This document shows positions 50,311 through 58,997 of a stretch of 64,000 bases of DNA, in pieces. The notes under the pieces are model-generated. The model saw nothing but the letters and a program-made list of their open reading frames with translations, did not search any database and was not told the origin of the DNA. The DNA is taken from contig JBIOHP010000004.1 in NCBI GenBank assembly GCA_044449065.1, forward strand, positions 141,884 to 205,883, given 5' to 3'. How positions within the stretch are numbered: the first letter of the stretch is position 1; every line of letters begins with the position of its first letter. The translations under genes were made by a program, and so were the position numbers. The stretch comes from Bacteroidota bacterium (GTDB lineage Bacteria > Bacteroidota > Ignavibacteria > UBA10030 > SZUA-254).

Positions 50311-51522
50311 ATGATTGGTTACATTTTTCTATCCGACAACAAGACAGAAAACGAATGCCTCCATCGTCTTTTATTTGGTACAGATCCTAAGTCATTTTCC
50401 AAATCGCCATTTCAAGAGATTAGACCTGGGGATTATCTTTTTCTTTTCAACTATGACCAGTATACAATTCGTGGTCCTTTTCGCGCTCTGACTATATGTT
50501 CAAAAGATATCGAAAAAGATGCATATAAGGATTCGCATAGCCATGGTTTCCCTTATCAAATAAGAGTTTCAGATAGTTCGATTGATCACCCAATATCTGG
50601 GGATCAATTACCCAAATCGTTAAAATTTTCGAATGGTTTTCCCCCATTTAAGATCAGTGATTCAATTTGTAATGACTTAATTGCTGCGTTAGCTAAAACA
50701 AGTAATAAAGAATTTGATATAAATTCATTATCGACATGTGCTACTTCTTCACATTATATATTCATGTGTGATGGAACAACGGGGGGACGTGTGTTTCACG
50801 AAAATCTATTCGGTGCTACGGCAGAAAAATTCAGACCGATTGTGAGTAAAATTCAAGAGGGAGATATTCTTTTCCTCTGGGTCATTGAAGAACAAAAACT
50901 CTATGGTGTGTGGAAGGCTAAATCCCGCGGACAATATAATCCAACTGCTTTTCCAGAGGCAGCAGGACGTTTTCCAGCCGTTGTTTACGCTACAAGATAT
51001 TTACAAGTTGAACCTGGATTGGAGGAAAGCATATTAAGATCCATTGTTCCATACGACAGTAAGTTTCCTCCATTATCAATTACATACGAAGAGGGCAACC
51101 AATTATTGGTGGCATTCGAAGATCTATGTTCGGGTCGCTCCACCATTCGTGAAACAAAATCTATTCAAATTGGTAAAATCCGGACTGAAGATGGTCATTG
51201 GGTTCAATCACAAGCCGAAGCTCGCATTGATGACTGGTTATTTAATCATAATTTAACCCATGCATATGAATATCGTATTCAATCGGGATATAAATTCAAA
51301 AAGAGCGATTTCTATCTTCCCACGTATCAATTATATATCGAGTTTTGGGGATTAATGGGAAATCTTGAGTATGAAAAATCTCGCGAGGAAAAGTTGCAAT
51401 TTTATAAGCAAAATAAGCTTAAACTTGTTGAGTTGTTTCCGCGGGACATTGAGATGCTTTCCGAAGTAATCGAACCAAAATTGGCAGCCTGGGGTGTTAA
51501 AGTAATTCCCGAGAAAAAATAA
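50311..51522 (+). CDS. Tandem DCD (PUA-like) domains fused to a PD-(D/E)XK/Vsr-like nuclease
   Basis: Two repeats of YIF..T..LFG..I..G..LFL..G...A..FP; C-terminal DGHWVQSQAE..YE..SDFYLP..YIEFWG..K...Y; SD GGAG. Confidence 0.75.
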   Translation: MIGYIFLSDNKTENECLHRLLFGTDPKSFSKSPFQEIRPGDYLFLFNYDQYTIRGPFRALTICSKDIEKDAYKDSHSHGFPYQIRVSDSSIDHPISGDQLPKSLKFSNGFPPFKISDSICNDLIAALAKTSNKEFDINSLSTCATSSHYIFMCDGTTGGRVFHENLFGATAEKFRPIVSKIQEGDILFLWVIEEQKLYGVWKAKSRGQYNPTAFPEAAGRFPAVVYATRYLQVEPGLEESILRSIVPYDSKFPPLSITYEEGNQLLVAFEDLCSGRSTIRETKSIQIGKIRTEDGHWVQSQAEARIDDWLFNHNLTHAYEYRIQSGYKFKKSDFYLPTYQLYIEFWGLMGNLEYEKSREEKLQFYKQNKLKLVELFPRDIEMLSEVIEPKLAAWGVKVIPEKK

Positions 51523-51685
51523 TATTATCAATATGTCTGTCAAGGTATGATATGCTTTTGATGTAGTATCAAAAGTTTGAATCTCATTTTTTATTGGACG
51601 ATTGAATTGGAAAAATTTCCTATAGCTTTTTTCCCCCCTTCTGCGTAAATTGTTTCACTGAAATTTCTCTATTATAATTATTTTT

Positions 51686-52546
51686 ATGGCTCACGCAAAC
51701 AATCCCAACGCTGATGCAATATTAGATAAAGAATATAAATGCCTGAATGCCGGGTTCGTCCGCCTTGTCGATTATATGGGCGGGGATGAATCCATCGTGC
51801 AGGCAGCTCGCGTTTCCTACGGAAAAGGAACGAAAACCGTGAATGAAGACCGTGGGTTGATTCGCTACCTCATGCGCCATCTTCACACGACGCCGTTTGA
51901 AATGGTGGAATTGAAATTTCACTGCAAGCTCCCCATTTTTGTGGCGCGACAGTGGATCCGCCATCGCACAGCCAATGTGAACGAGTATTCCGGCAGGTAT
52001 TCGGTGATGAAAGATGAATTTTACGTCCCCGAACATGAGGCCATTCATTTCCAGAGCATGCGGAACAAGCAGGGACGCTCGGAGGATGAAGTTCCGGCGG
52101 ATCAGCGGCAGCGCGTTCTCGATATTTTGCTCGGCGATCAGCGGCAAACGTATTCGCATTATGAAGAGATGCTGAACGGGGATATCTCTCGCGAGCTTGC
52201 CCGCGTCAATCTTCCTCTTGCGCTTTACACAGAATGGTACTGGAAGATCGATCTGCACAATCTGTTCCATTTTCTCCGCCTCAGGATCGATCCGCACGCG
52301 CAGTATGAAATCCGCGTGTACGGGGAAGCGATGGCGGAAATCACAAAAACGGTCGCCCCCATAGCATGGGAAGCGTTTGAAGATTATATTTTAAAATCGG
52401 AAAAATTTTCCCGTCTCGAAATGAAGATCATCACGGAATGTATCAACCGGGTGGAATTTACAAAAGAAACTTTATCGGCGAAAGGTTTAACCGGCAGAGA
52501 GGCGGATGAATTCTTAGAAAAACTAGCTAAACTGAAAAAAGAGTAA
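51686..52546 (+). CDS. thyX: Flavin-dependent thymidylate synthase
   Basis: AARVSY, HTTPFE, RQWIRHRTANVNEYSGRY, AQYEIR. Confidence 0.97.
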   Translation: MAHANNPNADAILDKEYKCLNAGFVRLVDYMGGDESIVQAARVSYGKGTKTVNEDRGLIRYLMRHLHTTPFEMVELKFHCKLPIFVARQWIRHRTANVNEYSGRYSVMKDEFYVPEHEAIHFQSMRNKQGRSEDEVPADQRQRVLDILLGDQRQTYSHYEEMLNGDISRELARVNLPLALYTEWYWKIDLHNLFHFLRLRIDPHAQYEIRVYGEAMAEITKTVAPIAWEAFEDYILKSEKFSRLEMKIITECINRVEFTKETLSAKGLTGREADEFLEKLAKLKKE

Positions 52547-52549
52547 CGT

Positions 52550-52990
52550 TTAATACTCTATTTTTCTCGACTGGATAATCTTTCCTCTTCGTTTTTTAGT
52601 TTCAAGGCGTCTCTCTTTCGATGCTGCGCCGGCTTTGGTCGGGATGCGTTTCTTGACCGGCTGCAGCGCTCTTTGAAGCAGCTCGACTAATTTTTTTACC
52701 GCGTCTTCCCTGTTATCCCACTGGCTCCGTGATTTTTGGGAAATGATGCTGACGGCGCCGGATGAATCGATCCGTGAGGAAAGTCTCCTCATTATCATCG
52801 CACGTTCTTCGTGGGTGAACGCTTTGGATTTTTTTATATTAAAGCGCAGCTCGACTTTTGTTTCCACCTTATTGACGTTTTGTCCCCCTTTACCGCCGCT
52901 CCGCGCAAAGCTAAATTCTAATTCCGTAACCGGAATTGCAGCAGAATCGCTTAAAAAAATCTTGCTGTTTGTATAGATCGTCGTTTTCAT
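52550..52990 (-). CDS. arfB: Alternative ribosome rescue factor B (peptidyl-tRNA hydrolase)
   Basis: ARSGGKGGQNVNKVETKV, RSQWDNR, basic C-terminal tail. Confidence 0.93.
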   Translation of the reverse strand: MKTTIYTNSKIFLSDSAAIPVTELEFSFARSGGKGGQNVNKVETKVELRFNIKKSKAFTHEERAMIMRRLSSRIDSSGAVSIISQKSRSQWDNREDAVKKLVELLQRALQPVKKRIPTKAGAASKERRLETKKRRGKIIQSRKIEY

Positions 52991-53116
52991 ATATGTATTC
53001 CTTGTGTCGTTATACCTTCAACATACAAAATAGGTATGATTTCAACAATACGACTTTTTTACGTATCTTCATTATTGAAAATTTAAATTCATCGCTATAG
53101 AGGAGAACTCAAAACC

Positions 53117-54007
53117 ATGGTAGATGCGAACTTTCTCTCCAAAATATCAATATTTTCATCGCTCGGAGAGCCCGACCTCCAAAAATTGACGACGCTCTGG
53201 AAGCCGGTTGCCCGAAGTCAGGGACAATTGCTTTTTAAAAAAGGCGATCCGGGCGATGCGATGTACATCATCCGTGATGGCGAAATTGCGATCACCATAT
53301 GGAATGAAGATAATCAGGAGACCGTACTCTCCATCCTTAAAGAAGGCAATTTCCTGGGCGAGCTTGCGCTCCTGGACGGATCGTTCCGCAGCGCGTCGGC
53401 GAAAGCGTTGAAAGATACCCGCCTCCTCGAAATGAAGCGGGATGATTTTATGAACTTCCTTCGCTCGCGTCCGGAAGTCTCCATTACCATGATGAGCGTC
53501 ATGGCGGCGCGCCTGAGAGCTACGAATGAAATGATGGAACGCACCTCCACAAAAAACGTGAACCAGGAATTACAGCATCATCTCAGCATCAGCGATAAAG
53601 TTGCATCGGGAATTTCAAAGGTCATCGGAAGCTGGGAATTTTTATTCGTCTTTATCGTCCTTTATGTCGGTTGGATTTTTTTGAATGTCGCGCGGATGAT
53701 GGGGTACGCGCTTGACCCGTATCCGTTCAACTTCCTCAATTTTATGCTTGCAAGTGTCACCGCCATTCAAGCCCCTATCATCCTCATGACCCAGAACCGC
53801 CAATCGGAAACGGAACATGTGCGGTCGGAGCTCGATTACCAGACGAATGTAAAAGCCGAGCTCCAGATTCAAAGTCTCCATGTGAAATTGGATGAATTGC
53901 GGGCTTCCGAAATTCAGGAATTTGCGGTGCGTCAGAAAGAAATTAACACGCAGCTTATCGAGTTGCGCAAACAACTCGATGGGATTTCTCTGAGAATGAA
54001 AATTTAA
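53117..54007 (+). CDS. Cyclic-nucleotide-binding domain fused to DUF1003 membrane domain
   Basis: LGELALLDG..RSASA; two TM helices, DPYPFNFLNFML..QAPIILMTQNRQ. Confidence 0.88.
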   Translation: MVDANFLSKISIFSSLGEPDLQKLTTLWKPVARSQGQLLFKKGDPGDAMYIIRDGEIAITIWNEDNQETVLSILKEGNFLGELALLDGSFRSASAKALKDTRLLEMKRDDFMNFLRSRPEVSITMMSVMAARLRATNEMMERTSTKNVNQELQHHLSISDKVASGISKVIGSWEFLFVFIVLYVGWIFLNVARMMGYALDPYPFNFLNFMLASVTAIQAPIILMTQNRQSETEHVRSELDYQTNVKAELQIQSLHVKLDELRASEIQEFAVRQKEINTQLIELRKQLDGISLRMKI

Positions 54008-54068
54008 TAACGTAATCCGGCGATAAGTAATCCCATTCGCTGCAAACTCTGAAATTTGTTTATCCAGG

Positions 54069-57000
54069 ATGTTGGTAAAAAGCAAGAAAAGCATCATCTC
54101 CTCCCAACCCTTCTCATCGCTGATCGCGGTACTCCCAAACCTGAGATCAGGCGAACCGGTAATCATGGAACACCTCGCCGGTTCGCTGCTTGCGTTTATC
54201 GCCGCCGGAATATCTGAGCAGGAATCAAAACAGGTTCTTGTTATTGCAGCCGATGAAGATCGCGCGGAACAACTCCGGGACGATTGCGCTCTTTTAACTG
54301 GGGATGGGAGAACGCTGTTATTCGGAGCGCGCCCCATGCACTATACGCAGGCGCTGGATATGAGCGCAACCATCGCGCAGATTGAAACGCTCAAAGCCCT
54401 CACATCCTCGTCCGGAAATCTCATTATCGCTTCGGCGGATTCCATTGTTGAAAAGCTTCGGGCCCGCGAGGCATTCATCTCGACCGTTCTTGAACTTCAC
54501 GCGGGCGAAGAGATTAATTTCCAGGAATTGATCGAGCGCCTCGAAAATCTCGGCTTTGTGCGAAAAGATTTTATTGAAGGATATGGCGATTTTGCCGTTC
54601 GCGGGGGGATTTTAGACGTTTTTCCGTATATCGGAGAAAATCCGATTCGGTGCGAATTCTGGGGAAACATGGTGGAGTCTATCCGTGAATTCGACGTCCT
54701 CTCCCAGCGTTCAATTCGAAAATTACAATCCGCAAGCATTGTTCCCGATCCCGAAGCGTCCGTAAAATCGAATACGTTACCGGGGGAGGTGGACGATCGT
54801 GCAACCCGCGCATCCATGACAGCATCCATGTTCGATTATTTGAGCAACGATGTGATGATTATTCTTGAAGACCCGGTGTTGATCGAGCGTGAATATAAAG
54901 AGTTGATTGACGAAGGGAAACAAAATTTATTCGAGTGGGATTACATCGAAAAGAAAATTTTTTCCCATCCATGCCTTATCAGCGCCTCATTCGTCAGGCG
55001 GACACAGCCGGAAGAAAGTTTGGAAGAACATGAGGTATTGGATTCTCTGTATCATAATCAGGTGAGAATCGATTTTTCTTCTATTCCTTCTCCGGTATTC
55101 GGCGGGAGCGTCAGGATGCTCATTGAAAAAATATCGGAGTTAACCGCCCAGGGCTTCACCAGTTATCTTACCTGTGATACTTCCGTTGAAGCGAAGAGGT
55201 TGAAGGAATTAATAGATGAAGTGATAAATGAAGGCAATGGGAATGCCGGCGTTCTTAACGAATCTCTCGATCAAGTGCGCGGCACAACAAGACCTGTATT
55301 CGAGGTACTCTCCGAAACCGTTCACTCGGGATTTATCTATCCGCCTGCAAAAATTGCCGTATTCACCGAACACGAAATATTCGGCAGGTTGAAGCGAAGA
55401 GGGAGCGGCAAGCGAAGACGTTTTAAGGGAATATCGCAAAAAGAACTTGGGCAGCTAAAAATCGGGGACTACATTGTTCATGTCGATCACGGCATCGGCA
55501 CATTTGACGGCTTGCGGAAAATTAAAGTGGGGAATGTTGAGCAGGAGGTCATGAAAGTGTTGTTCCTGGAAAACGACGTTCTCTACGTGAATCTCAACGC
55601 CGTGAACCGCGTGCAGAAATATTCATCGCAAGAAGGTCATGCTCCGAAACTCTCCAAGCTCGGCACGCCGGAATGGGAGCGGCTAAAATCGAAGGCGAAA
55701 AAACGCATCAAGGATATTGCCCGCGATCTCATAAAACTGTACGCGCGGCGGAAAAAAGAGGAAGGATTTGCCTTCTCGCCCGATACGCACTGGCAGAGGG
55801 AGCTGGAGGCGTCGTTTATGTACGAAGATACGCCCGATCAAATCCAAACGACGATCGATGTGAAGAACGATATGGAAGCGCTCGCCCCCATGGACCGGCT
55901 TATCTGCGGCGACGTCGGATTCGGGAAAACGGAAATAGCCGTACGCGCCGCGTTCAAATCGGTGAACGACAGCAAGCAGGTTGCCATCCTTGTGCCCACA
56001 ACAATTCTTGCCCTCCAGCATTACAATACGTTCAAAGATCGTATCTCCAGATTTTCAGTAAAAGTGGAAAATATAACGCGTTTTCGGTCTAAAAAGGAAC
56101 AAAATGAAATATTGGAGGGATTGAAAACCGGCAGCGTCGATATACTGATCGGGACGCACCGGCTGCTTTCCAAAGACGTTGTCTTCAAAGATCTCGGCCT
56201 GTTGGTCATCGACGAGGAACACCGTTTCGGCGTAACCGCGAAAGAAAAACTGCGGCAGTTGAAAGCCACGGTCGATACGCTGACGCTCACCGCCACGCCG
56301 ATTCCACGGACATTGCATTTCTCGCTCATCGGGGCGCGCGATCTGTCGCTCATCAACACGCCCCCGCGCAACCGGATGCCGGTGTTGACGGAGATCGTTC
56401 CGGCAAACGGCGGTGGACGGGATACCCAGTGGCGGATCGTCCGCGAGGCGATCATTCACGAGCTTCACCGCGATGGGCAAATCTATGTAGTCCACGACCG
56501 TGTGAATAACATCGAGGAGATAGCGGATAAAGTCCGCGCTCTTGTCCCGGAGGCGAAAGTCCATATCGCGCATGGCCAGATGGAAGGGCATCAACTCGAA
56601 AAAACGATGCTCGATTTTCTTGAGAAAAAATACAATGTTCTCGTTTGCACAAAAATTATCGAATCGGGATTGGATATTCCGAGCGTGAACACGATCGTTA
56701 TCAACCGCGCCGATAGGTTCGGTCTGGCGGAGCTCTACCAGCTTCGCGGACGTGTCGGTAGATCGAACCAGCAGGCGTACGCGTATCTGTTGACGCCTCC
56801 GCTCAGCGTTGTGCCAAAGCAAAGTCTCCGCCGGCTTCAGGCGATTGAAGAATTTGTCGAGCTTGGCTCCGGTTTTAACCTTGCGATGCGCGATCTCGAA
56901 TTGCGCGGGACGGGGAATTTATTAGGCGCCGAACAATCGGGATTTATTTTAGAGATGGGATTTGAAATGTACGAGCGCATCGTGCGGGAATCCGTCGAGG

Positions 57001-57632
57001 AACTGAAGCTGGAAGAGTTCAGCGATATTTTCAAAAAGAAGAAAACGCCGCGAAAAGCGGAAAAAACACGAGCCGGAATTTCTCCGGAATCCCGGGATGC
57101 CGTTCCTGCTCAGTTGCCAGAACCCGTTGCCTCGCAGGAAGTTATCGTCGATGCCGATGTCGAAGCGTTTCTGCCTGAATTCTATGTTGAATCACAGACC
57201 GAGCGGCTGGATTTTTACCGGAGATTATACCGCCTCGTCGATAGGAACATGATCAATGATATGCGCGCCGAGCTTGAGGATCGCTTCGGCGAATACCCGG
57301 AAGAAGTCGAACACCTCTTTTATATCGTCGAGTTGAAGCTCCTTGCGGGCGAGATCGGTTTTACGAAAGTGGAGCTGCGTCCCGGCGTGCTCGCGCTGAC
57401 ATTGCCGGAAGAATCACGGATAAGTTTTTACGGCGCCGATGACGATCCGACCTCCCCGTTCCAAAAATTGATGGTGAAGATCGCCGAAGGCAAAGGCAAA
57501 ACATTGCGGCTCCAGCCCGAAGGAAAAACGGTTAAGCTTATGGTTGCAATGTCTTCCGCACAGAAACCGGGCGTACAATTAGCCGAAGCGATTCAAAAAT
57601 TGATGGAGGTGAAGGGGTGGGTGAGAACGTGA
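54069..57632 (+). CDS. mfd: Transcription-repair coupling factor
   Basis: FAVRGGILDVF, VHVDHGIG, GDVGFGKT, DEEH, TATPIPR, QLRGRVGR, TRCF domain. Confidence 0.98.
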   Translation: MLVKSKKSIISSQPFSSLIAVLPNLRSGEPVIMEHLAGSLLAFIAAGISEQESKQVLVIAADEDRAEQLRDDCALLTGDGRTLLFGARPMHYTQALDMSATIAQIETLKALTSSSGNLIIASADSIVEKLRAREAFISTVLELHAGEEINFQELIERLENLGFVRKDFIEGYGDFAVRGGILDVFPYIGENPIRCEFWGNMVESIREFDVLSQRSIRKLQSASIVPDPEASVKSNTLPGEVDDRATRASMTASMFDYLSNDVMIILEDPVLIEREYKELIDEGKQNLFEWDYIEKKIFSHPCLISASFVRRTQPEESLEEHEVLDSLYHNQVRIDFSSIPSPVFGGSVRMLIEKISELTAQGFTSYLTCDTSVEAKRLKELIDEVINEGNGNAGVLNESLDQVRGTTRPVFEVLSETVHSGFIYPPAKIAVFTEHEIFGRLKRRGSGKRRRFKGISQKELGQLKIGDYIVHVDHGIGTFDGLRKIKVGNVEQEVMKVLFLENDVLYVNLNAVNRVQKYSSQEGHAPKLSKLGTPEWERLKSKAKKRIKDIARDLIKLYARRKKEEGFAFSPDTHWQRELEASFMYEDTPDQIQTTIDVKNDMEALAPMDRLICGDVGFGKTEIAVRAAFKSVNDSKQVAILVPTTILALQHYNTFKDRISRFSVKVENITRFRSKKEQNEILEGLKTGSVDILIGTHRLLSKDVVFKDLGLLVIDEEHRFGVTAKEKLRQLKATVDTLTLTATPIPRTLHFSLIGARDLSLINTPPRNRMPVLTEIVPANGGGRDTQWRIVREAIIHELHRDGQIYVVHDRVNNIEEIADKVRALVPEAKVHIAHGQMEGHQLEKTMLDFLEKKYNVLVCTKIIESGLDIPSVNTIVINRADRFGLAELYQLRGRVGRSNQQAYAYLLTPPLSVVPKQSLRRLQAIEEFVELGSGFNLAMRDLELRGTGNLLGAEQSGFILEMGFEMYERIVRESVEELKLEEFSDIFKKKKTPRKAEKTRAGISPESRDAVPAQLPEPVASQEVIVDADVEAFLPEFYVESQTERLDFYRRLYRLVDRNMINDMRAELEDRFGEYPEEVEHLFYIVELKLLAGEIGFTKVELRPGVLALTLPEESRISFYGADDDPTSPFQKLMVKIAEGKGKTLRLQPEGKTVKLMVAMSSAQKPGVQLAEAIQKLMEVKGWVRT

Positions 57633-58013
57633 ACCCTCACCTGATTTAAGATTTTGCATTTGACATGCTGCATTTATACCCTCTCCCGGCTCGGGAGAGG
57701 GCGAAACGACTGCTTATTTCACGATAGCAGAAAAAAGGGTGAGGGTTGAAATGGAAAAGGCAAAGCAAACGACAAACGATCGTAGTGAGGTTCGGCGAAC
57801 CCTAAAGGATAGATTAACCGAAGCAATTCAAAAATTGACGGAGGTGAAGGGATAGGTGAGAACGACCCTCACCTGATCTGTGAGTTTGCGTTTAACATAT
57901 TGCATGTCAACCCTCTCCCGGCCCTTCGACTTCGCTCAGGACAGGCTCGGGAGAGGGCGAAACGGTTGCTTACTTCACGATAGCAGAAAAAAGGGTGAGG
58001 GTCAATGTGGAAA
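57579..58013 (+). repeat. Diverged tandem duplication (~180 bp) of the mfd 3' end and downstream hairpin; 24-bp insertion in copy 2
   Basis: 57579-57757 aligns with 57814-58013; ccttcgacttcgctcaggacaggc inserted at 57923-57946. Confidence 0.85.
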
Positions 58014-58117
58014 CGGTAATAATATCTTTCAATTAAAAAGTAATAAAATAGATTTTTTAAATAAAGCTCATTATTATAAACCGTCGTAATTTTAATCAGA
58101 AATAACAAGGAGATATT

Positions 58118-58582
58118 ATGAAAAAGAAGTCCAAAATTAATTCGGTCGATCGAAGACTTATCGGTCGTACCGCCGAAAATTTATTCCTAAGCATTCTTAG
58201 TCAAAAAGGAATAACTGCTGCTGCATTCGATACTGAAGGAATTGACTGTATTGTATTTGACCTAAAGAAAGATTTCTTCCAGAAAGGTACGTCACCTTTC
58301 TATGTGCAAATTAGATGCCGTAATTCAGTAAAACAGAGTTGGAATTCTACTGGAATTGGTTATTCATCCATAAAAAAAATACGTAAGATTGCCAAGGGAT
58401 TAAAAATTAATTCAAAGTCAGTTTATTATGTCGTTGGATTTTCTAATTCAAATGATATAAGAACAATCAAGTATTTTGCGTATCCGATTAAAGACATCCA
58501 CTTAAAACGAAAAGGTCAGTTCAGGGTTTATATGAAAAAATGTGAAGAGGATGTAAAAATGGGGATATGTTATCCATTATAA
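58118..58582 (+). CDS. PD-(D/E)XK restriction-endonuclease-fold protein (DUF4365-like)
   Basis: GRTAE..L..KG, EGIDCIV, YVQIR; SD AAGGAG; AT-rich. Confidence 0.55.
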   Translation: MKKKSKINSVDRRLIGRTAENLFLSILSQKGITAAAFDTEGIDCIVFDLKKDFFQKGTSPFYVQIRCRNSVKQSWNSTGIGYSSIKKIRKIAKGLKINSKSVYYVVGFSNSNDIRTIKYFAYPIKDIHLKRKGQFRVYMKKCEEDVKMGICYPL

Positions 58583-58787
58583 ATTATTTTTGTTTTCAAT
58601 AATTATCAACAGGAACTAAAATTCCTCAAACTGTTCTGTACATCTATTGACAGTTCATGCATAAATTCCAAGAATAAATTCAGTGCTCTCAATTATAATC
58701 ATTTTAATCAGTAGTTCGGACAGCATTCCTTAAGACTATGCCGGTTCTACGATATCTTATTAAACTCCATCAGAACGAATCGCCGTT

Positions 58788-58810
58788 GTAGTGCCGGACG
58801 GAGTCCGGCA
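58788..58810 (+). repeat. GTAG-footed REP-like hairpin
   Basis: GTAG-TGCCGGAC-GGA-GTCCGGCA. Confidence 0.65.
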
Positions 58811-58997
58811 TATTTGTGAGAAAGGCAGGTGGGTCGTTCTACTATCTAACCGTTTGAATTATAATGACTTATGGGAATTTAGAGGGTGTGATTTGCATGT
58901 CATCAATATCTTATATATAATTAAATACTAATTTATGTAAAATTAGTATTTGGAAATATGCCACTGTTTAATCAAGAAATTCAACAAAACAACTCGC

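Noticed and set aside
53642-56822. Long antisense ORFs (53642-54337, 56055-56822 and others)
   Set aside because: Overlap well-supported DUF1003 and mfd genes on the opposite strand, no motifs
57869-58108. Short ORFs 57869-58108 (-) and 57880-58089 (+)
   Set aside because: Translations of palindromic repeat DNA (for example PFDFAQDR), not protein-like
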